Of a stretch of DNA of 64,000 nucleotides, positions 26,818 to 45,237 are shown piece by piece (the first letter of the stretch is position 1; every line of letters begins with the position of its first letter). The notes under the pieces are model-generated. The model searched no databases and was not told the origin of the DNA. It was given only the letters and a program-made list of their open reading frames with translations. Location of the stretch: the NCBI RefSeq assembly GCF_009914755.1, contig NC_060930.1; one strand, written 5' to 3'. The translations under genes and the position numbers were made by a program. Source of the DNA: the human T2T-CHM13v2.0 reference genome, Homo sapiens.

Positions 26818-29044
26818 CTATTTATTCTCATGTGATTATTACACATTGTATACCTGTACCAAAATATGTAATGTGCCTAGAAAAATAAAAAATAAAAAAC
26901 AAGGTAGTAGGAGAATAAAGTCACCATACCCTTAATATTCCATTCCCGGTACTATTGTGGTGTAAGTTTTAATTTTGCTTAAATATTTCCATTCATTGAT
27001 TATAACATTCTCATCTTTCCCTTTTTTCCACAGCATTCTTCTTATGAGGTAATATGTATCCTATAGCACAGCACACTTGGGATCAAGTCACACATATATT
27101 TAATCCCATATGAGAAAATTTTATTACAAATTGTTAATTGTTGAAAAAACATACATGTCTATATCCTCAGGTATTTCACATTTAAATACATTTTTACCAT
27201 ATTCATTTGATTCATTGGTCTTTTTTCCTTTATTATTTTATATCTACCCACTCCGAAGCTGCACCCTAACACCTTTGTTCCATTTATCCCTTTCTGTCTC
27301 TCTCTCTTTCACACACACCCCACTCTTCGTATTTCCCGGAAAAAAATAGGTGTTTTCTTATGTATGTCCATGTTTATTTATGACTGACTTCTTCTATAAG
27401 ATAATTAAAATTTAACTACAGGGAAGTAGAACATTTCTTTAATCTACTATCAGAGAAGGATTAAACTGTAATATTACGACAAAGGGACAAGTGGTCATGA
27501 CTTTTTGTCTTTATTTTAGAGGAATATAGGGAGAATTTTGAGGCTTCTTTTATAGATAAAATAAAAATCAAAAATGGCTCATAAAGAAAGGAATCGAGCT
27601 TTAAAAAAGTATAATAAATGTGAGGTGTTTTATAAAAGTCAGTCTGGTGGTGGGTAGGTGAGAGGGGTGAGAGACAAAATGAATAAACTACAAAATTTAC
27701 TTTTAACACTCAGTAAAATTGTCATATGTGATGTATCTCCATATTCAGAAGAAGCAATCCTCTTCTTCTTGGCAGTTGGTCAAAACTCAGGAAGGCTATT
27801 GAGACCTTACTGGTCACTTCTTACCCAAACTCTCTCAAACCAGAGTGATTTTCAATAAAGTAAAATCTAAAGATAATTTTAATTCTGTATATTCAGACTC
27901 CAGGAGATTCTTTTATGAACAACTTCTATCCGTAAAATCAAGGGAAAATATGGTCTACAGGTCTAGAGCAGAACTGCCCTTGATATTATTAGAGTCACAT
28001 AGATACAAAAATGCAACCACATTAAGACAATAAAATTAACTTAAATAGAGAAGAAATTACAATAAGCAAATCTTACTAAGTTCAAGATGGTGACCCAATG
28101 CAACTTCTCACATACATTTTGTCCATAGAGTCATATAGAAGCTCTTTTAAAAATCATAACACTAAAATAGTCTGTGGTTTCATTACAATTTAAAGTCAAA
28201 GGTTTTAATATGATTTACAAATTAATTAGATAAATTCTGGTAGCATAACAAAATATTATAATGGAAACCATTAAAGTCCATTTTATAGGCCAATTTATTC
28301 CCTTTAATGGAGTTATTCAAACCAGCTTAAAATGTATATATTTCTTTCCAAAATATAAGTGATTTACCTTTGGGAAGTATGTTTAGGTCAGGTTGCAACC
28401 TACCACCCACTGCATCTGCTATACAAGTTTAGATTTTATGCTGTAACGTTCTGGCTAAAAATAATTTTTAAATAACTGAGCCTTTCAAAACTAAGTATTT
28501 TCTTTACACTTTACTTTGAAATTTGATATTGTTATAAAACATTGCAAATGCACATAAAATGAACCTTAAACATATCTAATGTGGAAATAAATTAATTTCC
28601 AACCACTGGATCATGTTAAAGTGATCCTTTTCATGTTTTAACAGAAAATTCTCATTGGAAAACTTTTTTTCCTACATTTTTAGAAAGAAAATTATTTTTC
28701 TCCCTCAATGTATATAAGGTAGATAGATTCACCTTTGGTGAGGGCAAAAGTGTCAGTTGAGCCTTCAGAGAAATTGGTTTTTAAGGCGATATGCTTCCCT
28801 CTTTTCTCCCACTCTCTGGCCCACTCTTGCCTCTAGCTCCCAAGAGTCCAATATTTCTACATTTCCTTCCAGCTGTACAGCCCAGAATTCTCTGCCACAG
28901 TTCAATACCTGGTTTCACAAACACCCCAAAATGCCACTCTTTCAATGTATCCTTGTGTGGCTTTATTCTGACTAGACATTATAAATGAACCTCCTCATGT
29001 CCACACAAACATGGCATTTTTTGCCTTTTGAAGTCCATTATTCC

Positions 29045-29200
29045 ATTTCATCTTTATGAAAGTTCCATGAGCTAAGAACACAGGGAGTATAATCTGTATT
29101 TCACAGGTGAGGAAATTGAGTCTCTAAAAAGTAAATGTTCATGGTCATTTGGATAGCTTAATAAATGTTGTGAAGCTAGAATTAAAACACATTTATTTCT
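29045..29200 (-). mobile_element. MIR relic
   Basis: atttcacaggtgaggaaattgagtctctaaaaagtaaatg is an antisense MIR core. Confidence 0.7.
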
Positions 29201-29339
29201 CTCTCCTAATCAATAGCTTTCTACACAATATATGATTTTGAATGCTTAGTACTTAACATAAAAATGGATTAACTGTTAAAATATTAATATCTTTTTTGTA
29301 TGAAAGTTCATTAATTTTTCCACTAATTCAAATACATAA

Positions 29340-29940
29340 ATATTCATTTACTGAAAATCAACTTCATTCTACAAAAAGTAAGCATTCCACTTAGGTGTTT
29401 GAAATCCAAAGAAGTATTTAAAAAATTAAAAAGGCTTCCTCCTTTGAGGAGCCCTCTATTTGGTAGGAACTATATGTGTGTAATACAGTGGAAAGGGTTT
29501 TATGATGAAATGATGTACACAGTGCCTTAAGGTCATGAGAAAAGAGAAACTATAAAAGAGAGGCAATGTTAGATGAAGCTTTACAATAAATTTATATTAT
29601 GTCTACCCCCAAAAATAAGTGTTTAATAGACAGAGAAGATTAAAGATATTTCAGATATAGAAATAGAATTTTAAAGGCTTGGTAGGTTGAAAGTGTTAGT
29701 TGTGTTTATATAATAGCAAGTTAGGACACATTCTACGTGGGTGAAAAATAATAAGAAAGGAGAAAGGAGGATATGGGAACAGTTTTTGGAGCTGTACTTG
29801 TCATGTTAGAGGAATTATAAAGCATCAAGTAAAAAGTATTCTAAAGAAGAGGAGGCACGTGATTCAATTTGTTAATAAAGTCACCTTTGAGGCAGAGTGT
29901 ATAAATGTTTGAAGCAGGACAGACTGGATGTGGGAAAAGG
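29340..29940 (-). mobile_element. L2 relic
   Basis: Degenerate antisense L2 3' region (ttcctcctttgaggagccctctatttggtagg...; aaagtcacctttgaggcagagtgt...agactggatgtgggaa). Confidence 0.5.
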
Positions 29941-30326
29941 AAGCCAGAGAAAAGTGGCACGGAAGGTAAGGAAGAGAATGCTTTCTAGGGGAGCCTACTC
30001 CTAGTTGTTAATACTGGGTTGCCATTCTGTGTTCCTGTTTGTGTTATGGCATCCACTTCTGAAAGGTTTTCATATATATGATACTTTTTTCAGGTTGATT
30101 AACTTTCGACCCAATATTTTCTATTACTTTTTCTATTTATAACATTTTCCCTTACATAGTCATCTTAGACTTTAAGAATTAGTGCTTTAACACAATTTTT
30201 ACTGGCTATCTAAAAAATTATTTTAAGCAGGTAAATACTGTGAATACAAAGAAGCTTAGGTCTTACTGTGGAAACCTTTTTTCCCACCGCAGAGATAATT
30301 TTCTTGATTTAATGAGAGAGTTTAGA

Positions 30327-32919
30327 AGTGACGTCACCAAGATGGCAGAATAGAAAATCCCCTTGCATCACTCTTCCAACAAAAGCACTACCAGAAGCCA
30401 CTTAAAAACTAGAACATCCCCCTGAATTCACCAGGATAGAGAAGACTAGCATTGAAAATCCTGGGCCCACAGAATTTAAAGAAGCCATAACTGGTAAAAA
30501 GAATATTCATTTTAGACTGTGCCACCTCCTCTTCCAAGCCAGCATAATACTACCCACATAAAATTTCCCTTGACCCACAGTTTCCAAGGATGGAGGAGGG
30601 AATTGGAGGTGGATGTTTGATCTCCCTATTGGTCTGAGAATCTTCATAGGAAGCCCACTCTAGTCCCATCCCACAGAAACATTAGGACTGACAAGAGGGC
30701 CGAACCACCTGGGATGAACTGGGGACAAGGAGCAGGCATTTGATCGCAGCAACTAGTGTGCAGATGTTGGTGGCTACTAAGCACTACAAACAGTGAGGAT
30801 GCCATGCTAAGAAGACTAGCTAATGCCACAGGGCCACAGGGGGCATGATTCATGGGAATGCCAGAGATCCTGGTCAGATTTTCCACAAAACTAAGAGGTT
30901 TACATGGAGCCTTTCCCTGTCTGAGAAACAACTAAAAGACTGCCCAATAATTTTGAAAGCTCACTTCCCTAGAATGTGAAACAATGGCAAGGCAGCCGTT
31001 TAATTCTTGTGTAATGCTTAAGTTCCAATTTTCAATATATGTCCTCCCTAGAATGGGAAGAAACAGTAGGCCAGTGATTAAGTTCCTTATTTAAGTAATA
31101 AAAGTTTAACACCACCAAACAACACTAGAAAAAGGTCTAAAAGGTTCTCAAATGTGCAGGTATCAATGTAAAGATGTAGTGATTGTGAAAACTCAGGGAA
31201 ATATGAAACCACCAAAGAAACAAATAAAGGATTTAGAAGAACTGAAGATCTATAAAATGTCTGACAAAAAACTCAGTATAATTTTCTTAAAGAAGTTCAA
31301 GGAATCATAAGAAAATTCAGGTAAGAAAAAAACTAAATGAAATTTGATAAACATTCAGGAACAATATGAGACTTTGACAAAGAAATAGGAACAACTTAAG
31401 TTCAAATAAAAAACCTAGAAATACAGAATACAATAACTAAAATGAAAATGTCTACCAGAAATTTTCAAAGGCAGACTTAATCAAACAGAGGGAAAAAATC
31501 AGGGAGCCCAAAGATGGGACCTATAAAACTATCCAATCAAAGGAGCAAAAAGATAAAAGAAATTAAAAAGATTAAAGAAAGATTAAGAAAATTATGAGAC
31601 ATTATTAGGCAAACTAACCTCACATAGCAGCAGTTACTGAAGGAGATCAGAGAGTAAAAGCCCTAGAAAGTATATTTAATAAAATAACAGCTAAAAATGT
31701 CCCAAATGTGGAGAAGGATGATGACATTCAGGTACAGAAAGCTCAGAGGTCACCAACCAAATTCACCTTACAGAGGAATTCCCCAAAGCACATCATAATC
31801 AAATTATTAAAAAATCAAAGGCAAAGAAAGAAAACTCAAAGGAACAAGAAAAAAGAACAATATCAGATTTAACTGAGCCCCAATATAACTTTTAGCAGAT
31901 TTCTGAGCAGAAACCCTGCAGGCCAGGAGAGAGAGGGATGATATATTCAAAGAATTAAAGAAAAAGAAAATCACCAGACAAGACTAACATACCCAGCAAG
32001 GTTATCATTCAAACATGAAGGCAGTGGGGCGGGGGGAACACCTCTTCCAGGCAAAAGCTGAGGGAAGGAATCAACACCAGATGTGTCTTACAAGAAACGT
32101 TTCAGATATAAAACTCAATGTTAAAAGTAAAAATAAAGACAAAATCAGAATACTGTAATACTGTAACTGTGGTATGTAAACCACTTATATGTTAAGTATA
32201 AAGACTAAATGACAAAACTATTAAAGATATTAATAACTACAATGATTACTTAAGAAATAGGAAGTATAAAAAGACATGAACTGAAATATTGAAAAGTCAA
32301 AATGGGTAGGTGGACAATGGTGTTGTTTGGTTTTTGCTATTTTATTTTTCTTTGCAATCAAAGTTAAGTTGTAATAAATTTAAAATAATTTAATATAAGT
32401 TATTTTTTAAGCCCTATGGTAACTATGAAGCAAAAACCTATAATAGATACACTAAAAATAAATAGTACATAATCAAAACGCATTACAGAGAAAAGCAAAT
32501 GAAGACAGTGAAAGAGAAAAAAAGAAATAAATGACCTAGGAGACAAGTAACAAAATGGGAGTACTGACCTTTAGCTTTCAACCATAACCTTAAATGTAAA
32601 TGGATTACATTCTCTAAAGACAAAAAGAAATGTTGGTGAAGATGCAGAGAAAAGGGAATGCTTATACACTGTTGGTGGGAATGTAGATCAGTACAGCTGT
32701 TACAGAAAATAGCATGGACATCCCTTCACAAATTTAAAAAAGAACTACCATAAGATCCAGCATTCCCACTACTTGGTATACACACAAGAATTGAAATCCA
32801 TATGTCAAAGTGATATCTGCACTCCCACATTTATTGCAGCATTATTCACTATGGCCAAGATATGGAAACAACCTAAGTGTCCATCTATGGATGAATGGAT
32901 AAAGAAAATATGGTGTGTT

Positions 32920-32972
<53 letters not shown>

Positions 32973-33470
32973 GATTAAATACTATTCAGCTATAAAAAGA
33001 GAATGAAATGCTTTATTTGTGGCAACATGAATGAACCTGGAGAACATGTTGTTAAATGAATTAAAAACAGAAAGACAAAAACTTCATACCTTACTCATAC
33101 TTGGAATCTACAAAAGCTAATCTCATCAAAGTAAAATTTAGAATAGTGGTAGCCAGAGGCAGCAGAAACAAAGATGGAAGAAAAGATTGGAAGAGGTTGT
33201 TTGCTGGGTAGAAAGTTACAGTTAGAAGGAGTAAGTTCTGGTATTTTGTTATATAGTAGGATGACTATAACTAATAACAACATGTTTATATTTTTGCTAG
33301 AAAAGAGGATTTTGAAAGGTATCATCACAAAGAAATGATAAAGGTTTGTAGTGATGGACATTCTAACTACCCTAATTTGATCATTATACGATGTATACAT
33401 GTATTGAAACATCACACTGTAGCCCATAAACACGTGTGATCATTAGGTGTCAATTATGAATAAAATTAAG
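30327..33470 (+). mobile_element. L1MA (L1MA5-7-like) retaining 5' UTR, ORF1 and 3' end but lacking most of ORF2
   Basis: 5' end gtgacgtcaccaagatggcagaatag; ORF1 remnant ~31145-32100; ORF2 start ~32554 jumps at ~32616 to ORF2 C-terminal sequence (aaatgttggtgaagatgcagagaaaaggg); 3' UTR gtattgaaacatcacactgtagcccataaa. Confidence 0.85.
32913..32969. repeat. (TG)n(TA)n microsatellite inside L1
   Basis: Directly visible. Confidence 0.95.
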
Positions 33471-33499
33471 AATCTATCAAGTAAACAAAAAATCTGTGT

Positions 33500-33710
33500 G
33501 GAAGAATGTTGTTGAATCAGACTGCCTGATGTGGAATCCTCTGACTAGCTGCACGCCCAGAGAAAGTTACTTAACCTCTTTATGCCTCCATTTCCTCATC
33601 TTAAAAATGAAGTTAACAGTTTCTCTCTTAAAGTTTTTTGAGGATTAAATGAACATTATCTAAAAATGATTAGCGCTCTGGCAGATTGGATATGGTTAAT
33701 ATATGTTAGC
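33500..33710 (+). mobile_element. MIR
   Basis: aagttacttaacctctttatgcctccatttcctcatcttaaaaatg...tgaggattaaatga. Confidence 0.85.
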
Positions 33711-33779
33711 CACCATAATCACACCACCACCAACACCATCACCATCACCACCACCACCATCAACATCATCATCGTCACC
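33711..33779. repeat. (CAC/CAT)n trinucleotide repeat at MIR tail
   Basis: caccaccaccaacaccatcaccatcaccaccaccaccatcaacatcatcatc. Confidence 0.9.
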
Positions 33780-34229
33780 TTGACAAAAAAAAGGCTTGTT
33801 TCTAAAGCAAGTTCAGAAGACAGGCATTTAAGACAAAAAAGAAATGTGTTCCATCAAGCTTCTCATTCATTTCTCAAGAGAATTTTCAAACCATAGAAGC
33901 CTCATTCTAATATAATAATCATGCTATGTGTTATGTAGCTCTTTGGCTAAATATATTAGTTATAAAATTTCTTTGAAAATATGTAATATTAGCTCAGCCT
34001 GTAACTACACTGATCACCCTAGATACTTCTAACCACTTATCATACAAATGTCTGCTATATGTTTTCTCACATAAAATTGTGTTTAAAAATAATATTTGAC
34101 TTTTTATTTCTAAGTATGTCAAGTATTTATATATAAATGGAGCCACTATTCTCTTTTTTATATCAATGAAAAGTTAATTAATAGACTAAGTAGACTTTCT
34201 GCGTGTATTATTTTCTTTGACTTTTCAAC

Positions 34230-35700
34230 AATAGGTCTCTCCTATCTCTGCCAGTATTTTGCTTTCTTTATGCTTCTTTATGCTATCCTAGTTCTCACTT
34301 CATCTATTGACCCTCTATCCTTTCTCTGTATGTTCTCTGCATTGGAAATTTCAATCACTCTTATGGCTTCAGTGTAAACCTCTTTTTAATAAGATTTCTA
34401 GATAGCCAGCTGCAGCCAAGAATTCTGTCTCTATCAAACTCTAATATTATCACTAATTGTCTACTTGATTGATGTGCGGTCGCCTCAGTGTCAGCATGTC
34501 TAAACCGAAAGTCATATTTCTCCACAAACACTCAGACTCTTCTATTATTATCTTAATACTCTGAATCCTGTACATTCAAAACTGTAGGGGGCAATATGAT
34601 AGCCCTTAAGAGAAGGGCTTTGGGAACAGACACAACAGAACTTGCTTCGCCTCTATCATTAGTAGCTTTATGACCTTTAATGATCTACCTTCCCTAAGCC
34701 TTAGTAACCTGTCTAGTAAAAGGAGTTTTATAGGGGAATTAAGTTAAGATGCTTAGCTCAGTGCTTGGCAAAAGCAAGATCTCAATGAATTTTAGCTGTC
34801 ATTATTAATGCTACCCACCTAGAGTGCCTCTCAATAATAGACACACACAATTATCTCTGTGCCTTTAATGAATCTTCCTCAGTACCCCCATCGTCTTTGT
34901 CATGGTGACATCAATTCACAATGCATATGTCAACCATGACCTCTTTAGCTTGCGTTTGTTTTCTCCAGTTCCCTGAAGCTGCTTCTTTAAGAGACCACAC
35001 ATGCAGAAAATGCAGAATCAGGTCCACTTATGTTGCTGAGATGAAATAATAGAACCAGCAGGTTCATTTGCAATCTCACAATACCCTGAACTTGCTTTAC
35101 CTAGGGATGCCATGTCTTAAATCTCCTTTGCCTTTGCCATGGCCACACTATGGGCCACACTTATGGCCATACTCTCAGCATGAACCTCAGTGTTCCCACT
35201 CTCACATGTCCAGTCAGCTCCCCCTTTCTGCTACTCCTACTGGGTCATTCTCAGAATTCTTTGTGCCCAGGCAACTAGCAAATGAAACCACCGATGCCTA
35301 TAAATCCCTTTACTGTCCAGGCCTACATTGTCCAAACTTCAGTGTCTCCCCTCAGTGATAAAAATTATTATTCACCTTTCAAAAACGTTGGTCCCCCTCA
35401 CTATTACCTTCACCATTAAAATCAGTGCCACCACACCTGTCAGGTTCTACATTTTCTACTGTTCTGTTTCCTGATTTCTCTGATTTAGCTAGATTGATGT
35501 TTCCTCATTGTTCTGTGTCCTATTTGTTACTTTTCTATACCCTTGATCAAACTGCAACTATAGCCTGGAACATTCACCTCTTTCTCTTTACCTATTTACA
35601 TAATTTCCCGTCTCCAATGTCTAACTTAAGCCTCCAATGAGACTTCACTAATAATTATAGCTATGGGGTTGTTTCCTGTCTGAATTTATGTACTGGTTTT
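34230..35700 (+). mobile_element. L2 relic fragments interrupted by a MIR
   Basis: Pyrimidine-rich L2-like blocks (tcaatcactcttatggcttcag, cctcagtgtcagcatgtctaaaccgaaagtcat, gcctggaacattcacctc); boundaries approximate. Confidence 0.5.
34590..34808 (+). mobile_element. MIR
   Basis: gggctttgggaacagaca...tatgacctttaatgatctaccttccctaagccttagt...gcttagctcagtgcttggcaaaagcaagatctcaatgaattttagctgtcattatt. Confidence 0.75.
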
Positions 35701-36059
35701 ACCCTTGTTTCTTTGTGTTTTCAGACATTTTACTATATTCCTTTTAAGCACATTGATTATGTATTATGATTCAATACTGGCTAAACTTATGAATTCATAT
35801 GAATTTGACAGAACATGCAAGCATCATATTGAAATCAAGACAATCAATTAGATAAAAAGTTTAAAAGTTCAAAATTGACACTGGTTCAGAATTTTTTAAT
35901 TTCAAATGTTTTCAGTATAAAATCAATATTCGAATATAAATAAATTTTGAGAAATATATATATGTCTGTATTGGAAAATTTTATGCTATACTATATTACA
36001 TATTTATAGCATCACATAGATTTTTACAACATAATAGGCAACCACTGACATTGTGATAA

Positions 36060-36102
36060 CAATGAAGAGGAAGAAGAAGAAGATGATGATGATGATGATG
36101 AT
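36060..36102. repeat. (GAA)n(GAT)n trinucleotide repeat
   Basis: gaagaggaagaagaagaagatgatgatgatgatgatgat. Confidence 0.95.
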
Positions 36103-36140
36103 AGGGCTGAAAATAACTGCGGTAAAGAAATATATCTTTT

Positions 36141-40450
<4,310 letters not shown>

Positions 40451-41389
40451 AAAGAAATATATCTTTTAATTTTTTAATGGTGCTTATACTGTTGAAGTAG
40501 ATATATAATTCATATTGCATATTGAATACCATGTGATTTGTACTATTTTCTAGGCAAGCTATTGGGCTTCACATAACCTCACTAACCTAACTAACTTTGC
40601 ATAACCCTCACGTAATCATCTCAGAGTTTGCTCCCATTCAGAATTTCCTTTGATGTTATTATTTTCAAAGTGTCAAAATCAACATTTTTTTATTTTTTAA
40701 AAAGTGGTATTGTTCTGCAACAATCCCTTCTGATTTTGCTAATTTTATTGAGATGTAGTCTTTACAGCAAGAAATATCCCTGTATATCTGAGTGTTTGAA
40801 AATGGTTAAGTTTTCAGGGAGTCTGTCAGAATCATACACTGTGCTTTCAATCCTATGTTCCTTGAGATCAAAACCATCTTTTTTATATGCTGAAAGAGGA
40901 GAATATTGAGAAACTTTTAGTGTTTCCTAGATAAGTGTTAGTCTCCTACTGCAGGGGTTATTAACATTTCATATGTTGAGAAGACATCGCTCTTCAGTAA
41001 AAGCCGAACCTTTGGCTTGAGACAGTGTGAGACAAATTCAGCCAGTGAAGTGGTGAGCAATGTTCCTCATGAGTTTCAAGCGGGAGTTTCATAGCTACCC
41101 CATAGGAATTTATCATTTCACAAGCATTTTACATTATTATTTTTCACAAATAGTCACACATTTGTATTCTTTTGAAATTGGATTGTTACCTCTATCTCTG
41201 TTTGAAATAAAGACTGCTTTTCTCAAAGAATTCAAGACACTCTTTAATTATATTAATTTATTCACACGTAGTAGGTGCATTTACAAGTTATATGAGATGA
41301 ATTGAATCATTATCAGTACCATTACTGATAGATTTATTCACAATAAATCTTCATTGTTGAAAAGTGACCACCCTTTTCTTTTTAATTAG

Positions 41390-41422
41390 GTTTATCCAAA
41401 GGAAACAACAGACCTAATTCAA
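41390..41422 (+). other. Candidate 33-nt exon
   Basis: Acceptor cccttttctttttaattag| and donor caa|gtgagt; splice-site pattern only. Confidence 0.25.
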
Positions 41423-41804
41423 GTGAGTAGTTCAACCCTTTGGATTTGGGTTGGAAATATCAGAAGTGAATTAGAAGTGAGAAGGTGTTAATGGAGGGGT
41501 GATATGTGAATAAATAACCAAATCAAATTTTGTCATGTGGCCATGCTCTCTACCCCACACATAGCTTTGAGAGTGGCTTGTCCAGGTGCCATAGATATCT
41601 CTTCTATGCTATCTTGCTCCTCTTTGGTACAAATATTCTTAGGGGAATATGAACTTTTGCTTATTCTAACATGTGTATGAGCTTCAATGCCTTCATGAAG
41701 TCTTATTAAATGGACTGATGTGTAACTTTCATGTTTCTTGAATTAGGTATCTTTTGGTAAACTGTCTCTGTAACTTGGACATTTATTTCTTGTTTAATTA
41801 TTTG

Positions 41805-42190
41805 TGGGCTGTGTGTCTGCTGTGGGTTGGCTGCAGGTCGCCTCAGCTCTGCTAAGCTCATCTGGGATTGGTTTCATGTTCTTACAGGTATTCTTATCTC
41901 AAGCTGAAGGAAAATTCACCATTTGGGACATGTTTTCTCCAGGGTGTGGCGGAGGAACAGGGGATCCTCAGTCAACCTATAGAACTACGTGGAAAACTTT
42001 GGCTTGGATTCAGTAAGTACAATATTCACTTACTTCCCACTGGCCAAAGCCTGTCACATGATCACAGCCGTAGTCAATGAAGTGAGCATGAATGCTTCTC
42101 CTATAGGCAAGATTCACGCAACAGGTAAGGATGCATACTCAATCCTATTATAGTGAGGAATGAGAAGCTGGGAACAATAATCTGTCTGTC
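41805..42190 (-). mobile_element. Old MaLR LTR (MLT1K/L-like)
   Basis: ttcccactggccaaagcctgtcacatgatcacagcc...gaggaatgagaagctgggaacaataat; gggacatgttttctc. Confidence 0.7.
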
Positions 42191-42465
42191 TCCGTTTTAA
42201 CCTCCACCAGTAGCAGAAGCCAGCACTAAGGGAGTGCGGCAAGCTCGCACTAGGTTCAAGAAAGCCACTGAGGCATGCTGGTGTGATTCCCTCCTCTTGC
42301 CCCACCTCACCTGCTTCTACTCTCATGAAGTCATCACTGGGAAGTGCACACTGGCAGCAGGAGGGGATAGCCTAATATCTGGCATGCAGGCTGACAATAC
42401 AGTTTTGGCACATTATAGTGTAAAATATTTCTAGTAGTACTCCACATTCATTCTGTCTACTGCAG

Positions 42466-42532
42466 ATAGCCAATTTCAGGGGCCAAGAGGAACTTCCCTG
42501 TTGAGTAAACACCATGGGATACGGAGGAACAG
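42466..42532 (+). other. Candidate 67-nt exon containing Kozak ATG (42514)
   Basis: Acceptor cattcattctgtctactgcag|, donor cag|gtgagc, ACCATGG at 42511-42517. Confidence 0.35.
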
Positions 42533-43356
42533 GTGAGCACAGCAAGAAATGGGGCCATTTGTTGACCCCTCAAAGGAGGATAATTTGCACAAAATTTTGT
42601 ATCTACTTTGACTCCTCCTAAGGAAAAATAATATTAATAATGAGAATTTCCACAAGAAAAAGAGGAAAAGTGAAAAATGGAAAAAAAATTATAATAATGT
42701 ACGTGACAAAGTTCTCTAGCTACTACAAGGAAAAAAACCCTAAAATCTTAGAGTTGGACTAAACCCTAGGGCTCTTGGCGAAAATTTACTTTCCAAGTTT
42801 ATTTTGGTGTAAAACCTATCGTAACATTTCCTGAAGTATTTTCTTTAGATTGCTATTCAGTTATATGAAGGAAAAAGTCTTGGGAATTCTAGTGAAATCA
42901 AGGTTAATGGGTTTCCTTCATTGATGTAATCTTTATATGATGATGTTAAATAAATATAATACATATGTTTTCATGCCTTTTGGGCCACTTATTTATTCCA
43001 GCACCCTTTTTTTAATTTTATTTTTTTAAAATAGAATTTTAGAGAACTATTGTTATACAGATTATACTTCGGGAAAACATTGTCAATTCCGATAATGGGT
43101 TCTGGACAACTTGAGATGGAAACGGACTTCTAAGTTTTGGTAAACATGCCATATCATTTCTTCTATATTATCCTGGAACTCCAATGGACTATGTACCAAC
43201 TGATATTATCTCCAATGTAATCCTTCTACGTGTGCTGGAATAACTTAACTAAACCTTTAGCTTTCTGTTGTTTCCTTCTGTTTTATCCACATTTCCTTAT
43301 GTAAATATTCTTTATGTCTAAAAGCGTTAAGCTTCTATAATGCCATAAAATATTTG

Positions 43357-43971
43357 TGTAGTGTGTTGTATTTGTAACCCACAATGAACCACACTTTCTA
43401 GTACTCATGCCCTGCAGTTTCCTCACTTTGAGTCGCTACTGGCCCTGTGATATGCTTTTACCAATGAAATGTGAATGAAATGATCCCATTCAGTTCCAGC
43501 CCTAAACATTAATAAGACTAGGCAATTTCTGTGTGTTTTTTTCTGTTTGTTTTGATTTTTACTTTTAAAAGCCTAGCCTATAGAGCCAGGAATCATACTA
43601 TAAGGATGCCAAGACTATCTTCATAGAGATGGGATGTGTGGATAGTCCTTGGTGGATGAGATAACATTTGGAAAGACACCATGAGCAAGAGAAATGAGTT
43701 GCCCCAGCTGATAACAGCAAGGCCCCAGACATGAGAGAGGCTTCTTGGACCTCAGTCTAGGCCATCCTTGTACTGAATCCAATCGGATGGGGGCTACGTT
43801 AGGTATTTCTATCCAATCAAAACCGTCAAAATTAATCACACAAACAAAAAAACATTGAGAGTAGCTCAGCTGAAATTCCTGACCCACGGAAATGTAGACA
43901 ACTAAAAGAGTCATTGTTTTATGCTACTAAATTTTAAGATGGTTTGTTATACAGCCAAAAGTATTAAAACA
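43357..43971 (+). mobile_element. Old MaLR solo LTR (MLT1G/H-like)
   Basis: ggccctgtgatatgcttttaccaatgaaatgtg; 3' end aattcctgacccacggaa...ttgttttatgctactaaattttaagatggtttgttatacagcc...aaaca. Confidence 0.8.
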
Positions 43972-44159
43972 GAAGTTGTTCCTGTTTTCTAGCTGATGAT
44001 ATGGTGGGGAAGTAGCATAAATTAATACAAAACAATATAATTAAGAGTCACTATGTGGTAGGGGAGATAAAATATTAGAAGGTCAGTGTTTATAATTAAT
44101 ATCAACAAATTAAGAGAGGATTTGTGATTTTTTGAACCTCTAAGTCAGAGAAAATTAAT

Positions 44160-44415
44160 GCATACACACATACACATATAAAGAGACACACATATACATA
44201 TCCTATCCCAAATATGTAGAATATGTATTTATGCATATACAAATATATACACATATACATACAAACATACATGTATATATCCCAACTATATAGAATATCT
44301 CTATAAAATTTGTATAAATATATGCATATACATGCATATATATTCTAACTATATAGGATTTGTATATGGGAGATATATGTGTGTGTACACACACACACAC
44401 ACATATATATATATA
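44160..44415. repeat. TA/CA-rich low-complexity tract
   Basis: Degenerate (TA)n/(CA)n runs. Confidence 0.85.
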
Positions 44416-44653
44416 AAACTATGTAACAAATAAGTGTAACTTTATAGGATACAAACATACCAACAGGAAACCCAAATATGCTTTTGGATGCATACCAATA
44501 AATTTTTCATAATTTATCTAAATTTTCAGCCAATTCTCCAAAATAGGCATTATGCTCCCTGAATTATAAAAATGGGAATTGAAGTGCAAAATGCTTATAT
44601 ACCTTACTCAAGTCATAAAATATTTTATTCTGAACTAAATAGTTCTTATTCCC

Positions 44654-44969
<316 letters not shown>

Positions 44970-45237
44970 TGTTCCCATGTTTTTATGCTAATCTGCCTGC
45001 ATTTTCAGTCAAAATGACTGCAAAAAATATCTAATTGATGTTATTCAGCACAAATTGTAATGGCAGCAAATCTGTAAATTTCTGTCTGTGTTGCTCATGG
45101 CACTGTTCATGAGCTGTGGCCAATCATCCCATCAAAATCATTTCACTGTATTAGAATTTGCACACCATGGAAAGTCAAAACTCATTATTCAAATGCAATA
45201 GAGCCAGGCTAGCTCTGGATCAAATTGTCGTGTAGAT

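Noticed and set aside
33666-33896. Thr/His-rich ORF
   Set aside because: Translation of the (CAC/CAT)n repeat at a MIR tail
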